DNA of 64,000 bases from Candidatus Woesearchaeota archaeon (GTDB lineage: Archaea > Nanobdellota > Nanobdellia > Woesearchaeales > GW2011-AR9). A program made the position numbers and the translations under genes. The stretch spans positions 1,496 through 65,495 of the forward strand of contig JACPND010000033.1 in assembly GCA_016185625.1 (NCBI GenBank), read 5' to 3'. The notes under the pieces were generated by a model. That model saw only the letters and a program-made list of their open reading frames with translations. It ran no database searches and was not told the origin of the DNA. Position 1 is the first letter of the stretch, and every line of letters begins with the position of its first letter. Shown here piece after piece: positions 9,070-18,687 of the stretch.

Positions 9070-9515
9070 AGTTCAATGCCTTTCAGCAGCGCTTTCAGTG
9101 AAAGCAACGCACAGCGCAGGCGCACTGTACTCAAGGGTATGCCTAACATCCCCACCACATCGTCTCTCGTCATTTTTTTTACTTCTTCCAGTGATTTATT
9201 CTTTATTTGATCGGTCAGCAGGGAGACGGATGCCTGGCTGATGGCGCAGCCCGTGCCGGTGAAAGCGGCATCCCCAATAAAGTTATTTCTTATCGTCACA
9301 TACATGATAACATCATCCCCACAGAGCGGATTGAATTCGCGACGGCTGAACGTGCAATGATCCATCTTTCGTTTGTTATGTGGATTTTTATAGTGGTCAA
9401 TAATGTTTTCACGATAGATCTCCTGTTCTTCCGTTAATGGCCCGTCGCCGATCTGATTCTGGTCGAATGCCGCTTTTTGTTTTTGGTATTTGTTTATCAT
9501 CTTAAGGATCCTCAC
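9048..9515 (-). CDS. sufU: SUF-type Fe-S scaffold/sulfur acceptor SufU (IscU/NifU-like)
   Basis: NPLCGDDVIMYV, TGTGCAISQAS, RLRCALLSLKAL conserved Cys blocks. Confidence 0.8.
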   Translation of the reverse strand: MRILKMINKYQKQKAAFDQNQIGDGPLTEEQEIYRENIIDHYKNPHNKRKMDHCTFSRREFNPLCGDDVIMYVTIRNNFIGDAAFTGTGCAISQASVSLLTDQIKNKSLEEVKKMTRDDVVGMLGIPLSTVRLRCALLSLKALLKGIELWERGGK

Positions 9516-9528
9516 GGTAAATATTGCT

Positions 9529-10797
9529 TCATCCGAACAACTCCTGCGCTTTTTTGACGGCCTTCACCAGTGCATCAACGTCGTCGTCGGTATTATAAAA
9601 ATAAAACGAGGCACGTGTCGTTCCGGCAATTCCCAGTTTTGCCATCAGCGGCATGGCGCAATGATGGCCGCCACGGACGGCAATACCCTCTTTATCGAGA
9701 ACTTCACCAAGATCATGAGGATGAATTCCTTCTATGACAAAGGAAATTACGGGACCGCGAAGCAGTGTTGGCTGTTTGAGTGATGTTGGTGGGTTTGATG
9801 CCGGCCCGATGATTTGTAATCCGGAAATCCCTGATAATTTCTTCAGTGCATAAGCCGTAAGCGTATGCTCATGATCTTCTATGTTATCCATTCCCACTTT
9901 TTCCAGATAGCGGATCGCTTCCATCAGGCCAACTGCACCGGCAATGTTGGGTGTGCCGGCTTCAAATTTCCCAGGGAGATCGTTCCAGCTGGAATCGTCC
10001 CAACGCACTTCACGGATCATGCCGCCGCCATAGTGAAATGGTTTCATCTTCTGTAAAAGATGTTTTTTACCGTACAATACGCCCATGCCCGTAGGACCGC
10101 ACATCTTGTGGCCGCTAAAGGCAAGAAAATCACAATCCAGCTTTTTGACGTCAATAGACTGATGAGGAACTGACTGCGCGGCATCAACGACAAAAATCGC
10201 GCCGACATCGTGCGCCAGTTTCACTAATTCCGGAACTGGATTGATGGTGCCGAGAACATTAGACATCTGCGTCACAGACACAATTTTCGTTTTTGTCGTT
10301 ATCATTTTCTTGGCCTGCCTCAGATCTAAACAGTAATCTTTAGTCAGAGGAATGAATTTCAATACCAGATTTTTCTCTTTGGCGATCTGCTGCCAGGGAA
10401 CAAGATTGCTGTGATGTTCCATTTCTGTAAGAATGATTTCGTCGCCCTTTTCCAGATCAGTGCACAGCGAATAGGCCAACAGATTCAGGCTGGCGGTGGT
10501 TCCGCTGGTGAAAATCACTTCTTCAGCTTCTGCACCAATAAACTTGGCGACCACCTCATGTGCCTGTTCATACAGAGTTGTGGCTCGCTGCGATAACACA
10601 TGAACTGCCCGATGGACGTTGGCATTGTGCTTTTCGTAATAGTCGTTCATCGCCTGCAATACTGGTTTTGGCTTTTGGGTGGTGGCGCTATTATCCAGAT
10701 AAATCAGGCGTTTTCCATAGACTTTCTGCTGCAGAATAGGGAAGTCTGTGATAGAAAAAACAGGGAGTACATTTTTTACTTTTGTAGTTTGGTTCAT
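9529..10797 (-). CDS. sufS: cysteine desulfurase SufS (class V aminotransferase)
   Basis: PLP Lys motif FSGHKMCGPTGMG, RGGHHCA active-site Cys region. Confidence 0.95.
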   Translation of the reverse strand: MNQTTKVKNVLPVFSITDFPILQQKVYGKRLIYLDNSATTQKPKPVLQAMNDYYEKHNANVHRAVHVLSQRATTLYEQAHEVVAKFIGAEAEEVIFTSGTTASLNLLAYSLCTDLEKGDEIILTEMEHHSNLVPWQQIAKEKNLVLKFIPLTKDYCLDLRQAKKMITTKTKIVSVTQMSNVLGTINPVPELVKLAHDVGAIFVVDAAQSVPHQSIDVKKLDCDFLAFSGHKMCGPTGMGVLYGKKHLLQKMKPFHYGGGMIREVRWDDSSWNDLPGKFEAGTPNIAGAVGLMEAIRYLEKVGMDNIEDHEHTLTAYALKKLSGISGLQIIGPASNPPTSLKQPTLLRGPVISFVIEGIHPHDLGEVLDKEGIAVRGGHHCAMPLMAKLGIAGTTRASFYFYNTDDDVDALVKAVKKAQELFG

Positions 10798-11846
10798 GTT
10801 GGTAAGGTTCTGGTTGGGATTTGTGAATACACTTTTTCTAAAAAGCCGTCAATGATAGTTCTCTTCGCATTTTCTTCATCCAATCCCCGGCTGAGGAGAT
10901 AAAAGAGCTGCTCCTTATCGATCTGGCTGATGGAAGTGCCGTGCGAGCAGCTGACTTGATCGTTCTCCACGTCGAGAATGGGCACGGCATCGCAGCGGGC
11001 GTTTTCCGCCAGTAATAATGCGTCGGCCCGCTGATGGCCGGAACTCTGTTCGGCTTGTTTTTCAATGTTGATTGTGCCGCGGAAAATGGCTTTGGCCTGA
11101 TCATCAAGAACACCGCGGGCCACCATGATGCTTTTGGTATGCCTGGCTTGATGGACAGCTTCTATATTCATATCGCATTGGTTTTGTGCCTGGCCGACAA
11201 AAGCAGTATACGTCTTTGCTTCTGCTCCTATTCCGGTAAGATACGATCTTAATTGCAGTTGAGACAATGTTCCAGCGTGAACAACATCAATCCAGGTAAT
11301 AGAAGAATTTTGTTCCAGTTTGGCGCGGCGATGGACAAAGGAAAGCGATGATGTGCCAGAAGATTTACCTGTGGAGCAGAACGTGAGATTGCTGTCAGGA
11401 TGCAAAAAGATTTCGGTGATGTGAGTTTGAACTTTGGATTCCTGGACGATGGTGGCGCGGGAATTCTCCTCAGCGATAATCAGGAAATGTTCCACCCCGT
11501 CATTTCCGGAAATAAGGAGAGGTTGTTCAATAATCGTATTTGCCGGAATGACAATAACGGAAGCATGTCGGAGATGGGCATAGTGAAGGGCGGTTATGGC
11601 GTTTTCATTTTTAGGAACTAGTGAAGAAAAATAGTTCTGGTATTGAGAAGTAGAAGTGAGGGGGACTATTTTCACCCGCGGATCAGCGTGAATCTCCGGC
11701 ACAGAAGAATGCAACGAATGCACAAAGGCCTGCCAATCTTCCTCTGCCAGATGGACGCTCAATCCTGAACCATAGCGGAATTGCGGCGCAGCGGCTAGAT
11801 CATTATTCTCGGTATTGATTGCTGTCAGAGTCGATTCCATGTTCAC
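10794..11846 (-). CDS. sufD: Fe-S cluster assembly protein SufD
   Basis: SufB/D beta-helix C-terminal region (LLSRGLDEENAKRTIIDGF). Confidence 0.8.
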   Translation of the reverse strand: MNMESTLTAINTENNDLAAAPQFRYGSGLSVHLAEEDWQAFVHSLHSSVPEIHADPRVKIVPLTSTSQYQNYFSSLVPKNENAITALHYAHLRHASVIVIPANTIIEQPLLISGNDGVEHFLIIAEENSRATIVQESKVQTHITEIFLHPDSNLTFCSTGKSSGTSSLSFVHRRAKLEQNSSITWIDVVHAGTLSQLQLRSYLTGIGAEAKTYTAFVGQAQNQCDMNIEAVHQARHTKSIMVARGVLDDQAKAIFRGTINIEKQAEQSSGHQRADALLLAENARCDAVPILDVENDQVSCSHGTSISQIDKEQLFYLLSRGLDEENAKRTIIDGFLEKVYSQIPTRTLPT

Positions 11847-11855
11847 GAAACACCT

Positions 11856-13241
11856 TCAGAACCCTTCAATCTCCATTTCGATCAATCTGTTTAACTCCAC
11901 GGCATATTCCAGCGGCAGCGCTTTGACAATCGGCTCAATGAATCCGTTGACGATCGTGCGCATGGCCTGCTCTTCCGTCAAGCCGCGGCTCATCAGGTAA
12001 TAGATCTGCTCTTCACCAATTCGACCGACGGAAGCTTCATGTGCAACTTTAACGTCGTTATGATCAATTTTCATGTAAGGATATGTTTTGGATATTGATT
12101 CTTTATCCAGCAGGAGTGCATCACATTGGACATGGGAGATCGTATTTTTTGCGCCGGAGGTAACCCGGACCAGTCCTCGATAAATAGATTTTCCGCCGTT
12201 TTTACTGATGCTCTTCGCCTGGATCACCGAACTAGTGTTGGGCGCGACGTGGATGACTTTTGAGCCGGTATCCTGCTCTTGTCCTGTTCCGGCAAAGGCA
12301 ATGCCTAAACTTTCAGAGCGCGCACCCTCGCCGATGAGGACGGAACAGGGATAGAGCATTGTGCATGCAGATCCCATATTGCCATTTAACCAGCGCACCG
12401 TTGCGTTCTTATGCACAATCGCGCGTTTGGTGTTTAAATTATAGACATTCTTGCTCCAGTTCTCGATGCTGGAGTAGGTCATTTTTGCGCCTGGCAGCAC
12501 GTGCAGTTCGACGCAGCCGGCATGCAGGGAATTGGTGCTGTATCTAGGCGAACTGCACCCCTCAATATAATGCAATTCCGCCCCTTCATCGACAATAATC
12601 AAAGTGTGTTCGAACTGTCCGCCTTTCTGCGCATTCATGCGGAAATAGGCCTGTAGGGGGAGTTCTACTTTTACGCCATTAGGAACATAAATAAACGTAC
12701 CGCCGCTCCAGACTGCGGCATGCAGCATGATGAATTTATGGTCGTTGACCGGAATGCAGGAAGTCATGAAATATTTTTTCACCAGCTCTGGATATTTCTG
12801 CACCGCCACATCCATGTTTTCAAAGATGACGCCTTTTTCTTTCAGTGATTTTTCGATATTGTGATACACCACGCTGGAATCATACTGCGCTCCGACGCCA
12901 GAGAGAACTTTTTTTTCTGCTTCGGGAAGGCCCAGCCGGTCAAATGTTTTTTTTATTTCTGCCGGAACTTCGTCCCAGTTGCTGGTTTCTGTGGCATTGG
13001 GATCAATATAATAAATAATATGGCGTAAATCTAAGTCAGAGAGATCCGGTCCCCATGTAGGGATTGGTGTTTCGAGAAAGTATTTGAGCCCGAGCAATCG
13101 CTTCTGGAGCATCCAGTCCGGCTCATTCTTGGATTTGGAGATTAACTGCACGATCTCTTCATTTATTCCTGGTTTCGCGGTAAACCTGGCTTGATGGACA
13201 TCAGCCTCTTCGAGCAGGACACGAGCCATGGCTTCCGTCAT
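11856..13241 (-). CDS. sufB: Fe-S cluster assembly protein SufB
   Basis: SufB hallmark blocks (HVAPNTSSVIQAKSI, CDALLLD, YYLMSRGLTEEQAMRTIVNGF). Confidence 0.95.
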   Translation of the reverse strand: MTEAMARVLLEEADVHQARFTAKPGINEEIVQLISKSKNEPDWMLQKRLLGLKYFLETPIPTWGPDLSDLDLRHIIYYIDPNATETSNWDEVPAEIKKTFDRLGLPEAEKKVLSGVGAQYDSSVVYHNIEKSLKEKGVIFENMDVAVQKYPELVKKYFMTSCIPVNDHKFIMLHAAVWSGGTFIYVPNGVKVELPLQAYFRMNAQKGGQFEHTLIIVDEGAELHYIEGCSSPRYSTNSLHAGCVELHVLPGAKMTYSSIENWSKNVYNLNTKRAIVHKNATVRWLNGNMGSACTMLYPCSVLIGEGARSESLGIAFAGTGQEQDTGSKVIHVAPNTSSVIQAKSISKNGGKSIYRGLVRVTSGAKNTISHVQCDALLLDKESISKTYPYMKIDHNDVKVAHEASVGRIGEEQIYYLMSRGLTEEQAMRTIVNGFIEPIVKALPLEYAVELNRLIEMEIEGF

Positions 13242-13639
13242 GAGCAGCTCCGAATAGGGATCAGTGGTTGATGGCAGCCGACAAGCTTAGGATCGCAGCC
13301 GGAAGGAAGATCAGAAAATAATTTGTGGATTTGGCAGAGGGCATTGGTATTGCGGATAAATCGCAGCAGGCGCTGGGTTTCTTTTAGGTAACTTAAACGG
13401 TCGGTAACGAGAGCTGCGGATTTCTTTATTTCGGCAAGGGTCTGTTCATCGAAATCAATCTGGCTTCCCCGCTTATTGCTGGTGTATTGGCTGATGGCAG
13501 ACGTATTGATCATCAGCAATGAAGCGATATCTTTCTGCTTCAGGCCTCGTTCTTTCAGCCCTAGAGCGATATGTCTACGTAACGAGGGGATGACGTAAAA
13601 CGTCTCGATTTCCTGAGGCAGGAGGAGTTTCTTAACCAT
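13238..13639 (-). CDS. HTH transcriptional regulator with C-terminal Cys cluster, first gene of suf operon
   Basis: HTH (QKDIASLLMINTSAISQYT) followed by C..H...C....C.H Cys/His-rich tail; overlaps sufB start by 4 bp. Confidence 0.5.
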   Translation of the reverse strand: MVKKLLLPQEIETFYVIPSLRRHIALGLKERGLKQKDIASLLMINTSAISQYTSNKRGSQIDFDEQTLAEIKKSAALVTDRLSYLKETQRLLRFIRNTNALCQIHKLFSDLPSGCDPKLVGCHQPLIPIRSCS

Positions 13640-13772
13640 AGTTAACTTTTGGGAGGGGTTATTTATAAATGTTGTGATGTTCTATACTCAGCCTATTATG
13701 CTACTGTACAGAAGAGAAAACTATTCTTTCTTGTGCCAGCGAGAGAGTTTCATAGTAGCTTTTTGCTGACTC

Positions 13773-15593
13773 TTACTCTAACCTATAGAAAATATCCTCC
13801 GTCGGATGCCTGTACAACGGCTCTTTCAGTCTCTTCTGATCTAAAATATGCCCGATAAGGCCAATACTTCGAGCTAACCCAAACAGCCCATTCATGTACC
13901 CGATTTCAATCATCTCATTTATTTCCTCAGCATTGAATTGTCCGCAGGAAACTAACGCATCGACAAACAACGCCCCGAGGCATCCATCTACATTCAAAAT
14001 TAGGTTCTCTGCTTTCTGGGTGGTTATTTTTTCTACTTTTAGAGCATAGTTAAGGTATTCAGTATTCGGCAAATTCTTTCTGGCAAAATCTTTCAACAAT
14101 TCTACCCTTTTATCCGGATTGCGCTTTGATTTGACCAGATGCCCTATCCCAGGAATAAGAATCCTTTTCTGTTTCATCTCTTCTACAAACTGCTCTGGCG
14201 AAATATTTTTATCAACAGCGTCCTTAAAATACCTGCTAGCGTCATCAATCGCTCCGCCAAAGCGAGGGCCAATGGTTAATAATCCTGAACATAACGCAGA
14301 AATAACATCTTTTCCTGCCCTGGCGGCGACAATGGCATTGTGCGCTCCACTCACCGCCGGGCCGTGGTCAGCGCAAAGAACCAGACATAACTCTAAAAAT
14401 TTGGAAAAATACGGCGGCAAGCTCTTCTTAAACCATAATAAGCCTATAACCTCGCCAAGAGAATAATTTTGTTTGATTATTGCACTCACCGGAATAGTTC
14501 CATACGTCGGCTCTTCACCGATGTCGGAAGAGATAGTCGTGGTGAAATGGGTGGCTTTGCGAATAAGCCCTCGTTTGAGCGCAATGTCAAAATCCAGCGG
14601 CAATGATGGCCGTTGAGATTCAGGTGCGGGGATAATTATTCCTTGTTGAACTAAATGCTGATATTGATGCGCAAGGGTCTTTTCCAAATCCTCAAACGAA
14701 GCAGGAACAAGTATGCCCGCTTCTCGAAGCGCTTTATTCTTCGCCGCAGCGCTTTCTTCTTCTTTTCCTGCTTTTGCACCCGCATGGCCAAACTGTACTT
14801 CCCAGGGGAAGAGAGAGGCGCAAGTACCAGTAACCCACATGAGGATGGGCTTGGTGAGCTTGCCCGTTTTTTTCGCTTCGATGATCTCATATTCCTGTCT
14901 TCCGCCTAATTCTCCCAGTCCAACAATAAGTTTAATATCCAGATCGGCTTCAAAGCGTAACATGTGGTCGAGTAACGTCGAGCCGGGATAGAGATCTCCA
15001 CCAATGGCGATACCTTCTTTGATGCCATCTGTCGCACGGGCAAGGATATTAAATAATTCATTCATCATGCCTCCAGATTTCGAGACGAGGCCGACGCTTC
15101 CGGGGCGATATAATCTTGCGCGAAGTAGATTTTCCATTCCCCCCCCGGCATAACCGCCGATTCTGAAAGAACCGGCAGCAATCCCTCCTACTGTAGAAGG
15201 GCCAATGACCATTTTTTTTTCTTTTTGAGCAAGAGCGATGAGTTCTTTCGTCTCCCGTTCCGGCACGCCTTCAGCAACGATAACGGCCGTTTTTATTGAT
15301 GGGAATGATAAAGCTTCTTTTGACGAAGTGAAGGCTGATCGAAAAGAGGCAAAATTAATCAGGACGTCTGCCTGAGGATGTTTTTCTGCCGCTTCGGCGA
15401 AGGATTCGTAGACGGGGAGGGTTATTTCTTTTGCTCCAAAAAAGGCCTTATGAACTCCATTTCGTCCAGGATGGACAATCGCCGCGATGCTGGGAAGAGT
15501 TCTCTGGCAGACATAATCAAAGTCCAGCATCTGCTGGATGGGAAAAGCTTTGAGATTGTAGAAGATGGCTTGTGTCGTTTTCGTAAAGTTCAT
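13773..15593 (-). CDS. aclA: ATP-citrate lyase alpha subunit (CoA-binding, CoA-ligase and citryl-CoA lyase domains)
   Basis: Succinyl-CoA-synthetase-alpha-like region with phosphohistidine loop (GHAGA) and citrate-synthase-like C-terminus GHILDQKRLKEPLYRHPTEDIFY (matches human ACLY C-terminus). Confidence 0.9.
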   Translation of the reverse strand: MNFTKTTQAIFYNLKAFPIQQMLDFDYVCQRTLPSIAAIVHPGRNGVHKAFFGAKEITLPVYESFAEAAEKHPQADVLINFASFRSAFTSSKEALSFPSIKTAVIVAEGVPERETKELIALAQKEKKMVIGPSTVGGIAAGSFRIGGYAGGGMENLLRARLYRPGSVGLVSKSGGMMNELFNILARATDGIKEGIAIGGDLYPGSTLLDHMLRFEADLDIKLIVGLGELGGRQEYEIIEAKKTGKLTKPILMWVTGTCASLFPWEVQFGHAGAKAGKEEESAAAKNKALREAGILVPASFEDLEKTLAHQYQHLVQQGIIIPAPESQRPSLPLDFDIALKRGLIRKATHFTTTISSDIGEEPTYGTIPVSAIIKQNYSLGEVIGLLWFKKSLPPYFSKFLELCLVLCADHGPAVSGAHNAIVAARAGKDVISALCSGLLTIGPRFGGAIDDASRYFKDAVDKNISPEQFVEEMKQKRILIPGIGHLVKSKRNPDKRVELLKDFARKNLPNTEYLNYALKVEKITTQKAENLILNVDGCLGALFVDALVSCGQFNAEEINEMIEIGYMNGLFGLARSIGLIGHILDQKRLKEPLYRHPTEDIFYRLE

Positions 15594-16801
15594 GTAATCA
15601 CTTCCATGGCCTTGTCGACAATATCGACCATCGGCGTATCCGGGCCTTGCACAAGCATAGGGATCCCTATCTCTTTTCCTGCTTGTTCCATCAGTTTCAA
15701 TCCTTTCTCGTAATTCGGCCCGCCACGGCGGACAAAAATAGAGACTTTCCCCCAGTGTAATTTTTCTTGATATTCTCGAAGCGCTTGGATAATCCCCATG
15801 AATGTTTTTTCCACGTCAGTGAAATTGGCGATTGCTCCGCCGATAATCAGTACTTTTCCCCGCGGATGATACTCTTTGGTCACGAGCTCCAGAATAGTTT
15901 TGGCATACAGATAGGATTCTTCCGTGGTGGGGTTGCCGGAATATTCACCATAATTGGCAATTTCCTCCTGTCGCCCGAGATTGGCAATCGTGTCAAGAAA
16001 AATAATGCTCGCACCGCCTCCTGAGAGAATGTTCCAGATCCTTCCCTGAGGATTAAGAACGGTTAATTTGAGCGAGGCGCCGCTCTCGGCGTCCAGTTTG
16101 CGGATGAATTGCTCTTCAGGATAGACTTTTTGTCCGAAGGGAATGGGAAAATCAAAATCGCTCCAGAGCTTAGGACAGTCATCGACCTGGGCTACGCAGT
16201 CGAGAAGATGGATTTGATGGTTGTTATTAGAAACAGCGAAAGGATTTATTTCCAGATAGGTAAAATGAAAAGAGCGGTACAGTTTATACAGATTTTTGAA
16301 AAATGGAATATGGTGTTGTGGAATTATGGCGAAGTCAACCTCTTCTATGTTTACGCCAGAAGGTATTTTGATGGTCTTTACTGTATTCCATCGTTCTTCG
16401 ATGTTAAAACCACCAACTTCTGAAAAATAGATTATATCACTATCCCGTTCAGAGATGATCGCCAGGTAATATTCTTCCTGATGTGGAATAAATGGTTCGA
16501 GAAGGAAATGAGTAAGTGTGTCAGTCGCTTTGCCAAGGCTAATTAGTTTGTTTCGATGTTGTTCTAAAAATCTCAAAACTTCATCAAAACTCACCTCCGC
16601 CAAGACTAGATTATACTGTTTTCGCTTGCCGAAGAGCTGGTCTGGTTTAATCACTAGTTTTTCCCGGAGCAGCCAGGGATACAATGATGGCAATTCCTGA
16701 ATCTTTGTTTCAGGCGTGATGAGAACCGCTTTATACTCTAGGTTAAGCTGCCTGGCAATCAGGTTCTTGGCATCGAATTCTCGGATCTTGCGGCGGGCCA
16801 T
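15590..16801 (-). CDS. aclB: ATP-citrate lyase beta subunit (ATP-grasp/citrate-binding)
   Basis: Collinear with ACLY N-terminus: VIKPDQL, FLLEPFIPH, FTYLEINPF, GASLKLTVLNPQGRIWNILSGGGASIIFLDTI, LANYGEYSGNP, GKVLIIGGAIANFTDV, IFVRRGGPNY. Confidence 0.9.
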   Translation of the reverse strand: MARRKIREFDAKNLIARQLNLEYKAVLITPETKIQELPSLYPWLLREKLVIKPDQLFGKRKQYNLVLAEVSFDEVLRFLEQHRNKLISLGKATDTLTHFLLEPFIPHQEEYYLAIISERDSDIIYFSEVGGFNIEERWNTVKTIKIPSGVNIEEVDFAIIPQHHIPFFKNLYKLYRSFHFTYLEINPFAVSNNNHQIHLLDCVAQVDDCPKLWSDFDFPIPFGQKVYPEEQFIRKLDAESGASLKLTVLNPQGRIWNILSGGGASIIFLDTIANLGRQEEIANYGEYSGNPTTEESYLYAKTILELVTKEYHPRGKVLIIGGAIANFTDVEKTFMGIIQALREYQEKLHWGKVSIFVRRGGPNYEKGLKLMEQAGKEIGIPMLVQGPDTPMVDIVDKAMEVIT

Positions 16802-16925
16802 GGGAGATTTTAATGAGCTTTGTTTTAATCGATCCTGTTTTAAAAGCTTCTGAAGCTGGACGTCATTAAACTTTTAAGTAGTAACTGCACCGATGTTTAT
16901 AAAGATTCGCTAAAAGGGATAATGA

Positions 16926-17356
16926 TTAAATCCTCTCTCTTTTTGATTTATAATCCCTCTCTTTCTCCCTTCTTCTCGCTTCCTCTACAGAAGAGGTATA
17001 CACCTCCTCGCTGAGCCGAAACCATTCCAGACTTAATTGGTGCATCAGCGCCAGAAATTCATCAAAGGTGATGATCTTTTTCTTGACAGATTCCAGTAAA
17101 ATGTACACTGTGCCACACGGCTCCAGTCCCATTATTTTCGCCGCCAGGCGCGCAGATTTCTCCTCGAGTAAGACTGTGCGCCCTGTTCTTGTGCCAGCAG
17201 AATGACAGATTTTTCACCAACATCAAGATCAAAAGGTATCTTTATCTGTTTCTTTATCTCTTTGATTTTTATCCATCCTGCAAGGATTTCTCTCTCTACC
17301 AGAAAAGCATCGCTGTGGTTACGTTCTTTTCCTTTATCGACAACTTCCTCTTTCAC
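16926..17356 (-). pseudogene. PIN-domain (DUF3368-like VapC-type) gene, N-terminally truncated and frameshifted
   Basis: Two abutting ORFs; reading through in the alternate frame restores ...DVGEKSVILLAQEQG/RTVLLEEKSARLAAKIMGLEPCGTVYILLESVKKKIIT, the canonical PIN C-terminal half; no Met and no first-Asp block upstream. Confidence 0.5.
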
Positions 17357-17418
17357 TTCCGAAGTAATATATACAGTTTTCCATTACGTTTAAAAAACCC
17401 AATTCCTTTTCAGGCTAT

Positions 17419-17874
17419 ATGACCGTCTGTGAGCTCTGCGGCAAAGCGACTGAATTATTCGTTGCAGAGATTGAAAACGTTGATTTGAACGTGTGTTCCG
17501 GCTGTGCTAAATATGGAAAAATCAAGCGGAGGCTGAGCCATGAGCCAGTGTATACCCGGCCTAAAATCGTCCAAGAAAAGCCTGAATTCAAGATCATAGA
17601 TAATTTTTCTCAGCTTCTCCGCCAGGCACGGGAGAGAAGCGATCTGACACAGGAAGATTTTGCGAGATTTCTGCAGGTGAAAGAGAATGTCGTTTCCAAA
17701 TGGGAGCAGGGATCATTACGGCCGGATGTGGAGACGGCGGAACGTATAGGGAAGATTCTGAGAATCAATATGGTAGAGAAAGAAGAGAAAATCTCTGCAA
17801 CAACGGCATTAGAGAAGAAGAAAGGTGATGAATTGACGTTAGGAGATTTCGTGAAAGTGAGAAAACGCCATTAA
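17419..17874 (+). CDS. mbf1: archaeal multiprotein bridging factor 1 (Zn-ribbon + HTH_XRE)
   Basis: N-terminal CELCGK...CSGCAKYG zinc ribbon, C-terminal HTH (LTQEDFARFLQVKENVVSKWEQG). Confidence 0.8.
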   Translation: MTVCELCGKATELFVAEIENVDLNVCSGCAKYGKIKRRLSHEPVYTRPKIVQEKPEFKIIDNFSQLLRQARERSDLTQEDFARFLQVKENVVSKWEQGSLRPDVETAERIGKILRINMVEKEEKISATTALEKKKGDELTLGDFVKVRKRH

Positions 17875-18251
17875 GCCAACAAAACACCGCTCAGTGACCC
17901 TTTCTGCCCCGGGCGGCTGGTTATTTTAGTGCGGCCAAGTTCGGTTTCGACAACTGCTCCTTTAGTCATGATGTTTCGACGCACTAGATGGGGATTTGCG
18001 GGATTTTCGACCACATTGAGAATTTTGGTCTTGGCGACTTTGCCGGCTTTATCCGCAACATTAATCTCATTAGTGGTGAGAATTTGGTATTTGTGATGTC
18101 CTCCGGGAGTGCGCTCACAGCGGACCTCTTTTTCGGCATCAACTCGCGTATTGGCAGGAATGCCTGCAAGTTCAAAATTGCGTTTGGTGCGCTGATAGTG
18201 ATACCTGCCGCCAGATGGTTTTCGTGTGGATCGTCGTTGTGATCGTGCCAT
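17871..18251 (-). CDS. rps8e: ribosomal protein S8e
   Basis: MARSQRRSTRKPSGGRYHYQRTKRNFELAG... typical eS8. Confidence 0.9.
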   Translation of the reverse strand: MARSQRRSTRKPSGGRYHYQRTKRNFELAGIPANTRVDAEKEVRCERTPGGHHKYQILTTNEINVADKAGKVAKTKILNVVENPANPHLVRRNIMTKGAVVETELGRTKITSRPGQKGSLSGVLLA

Positions 18252-18292
18252 GGACGTTTAGTTTAGTGTGCGCTTTTTAAAGGTTTCGCCAA

Positions 18293-18640
18293 TCGAGCAC
18301 TATCCGTTTTGGGATGATAGTAGCGCCAAGACACAAAATGTGGTCGTTGCCACATTGGTGCACAAACGAAGTAGTTTCTTCGTTTCGTGTGTAGCTGAAG
18401 CAGAGCTATAGTACAGGAACAAGTCCGATTTTCTTCTGAAATTCCAATCGTAGCGGAAAATCGGCTTCAGCGACGCAGAATGGGATTTCCGTCCCATTTG
18501 CGCAGAAGGGGAAACTACCCCTTCTTGCGCCGGAGGGAAAACTATCCCTCCGAGCGGAATATCCCTTCGTGCGTTCTCTGTAAGAGACATCCCTCTGTCA
18601 GCTCGATGTTAAAATCGAAGAAGCTCAATTTTAATGATGG
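18293..18640. mobile_element. MITE family B, long variant
   Basis: Starts with TIR GCACTATCCGTTTTGGGATGAT; ~96% identical over ~110 bp (then ~85% for ~40 more) to the reverse complement of 49330..49478; internal self-complementary GGGAAACTACCCCTTCTTGCGCCGGAGGGAAAACTATCCCTCC blocks. Confidence 0.6.
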
Positions 18641-18687
18641 TAGTGCTTCACATTACTGAAGTATTACGATTTCATCTGGCCCATACA

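Noticed and set aside
18300-18590. 96-aa ORF, with its near-twin at 49228..49479
   Set aside because: Both lie entirely inside copies of the MITE-B repeat. The peptide similarity is just repeat DNA translated. Not protein-coding.
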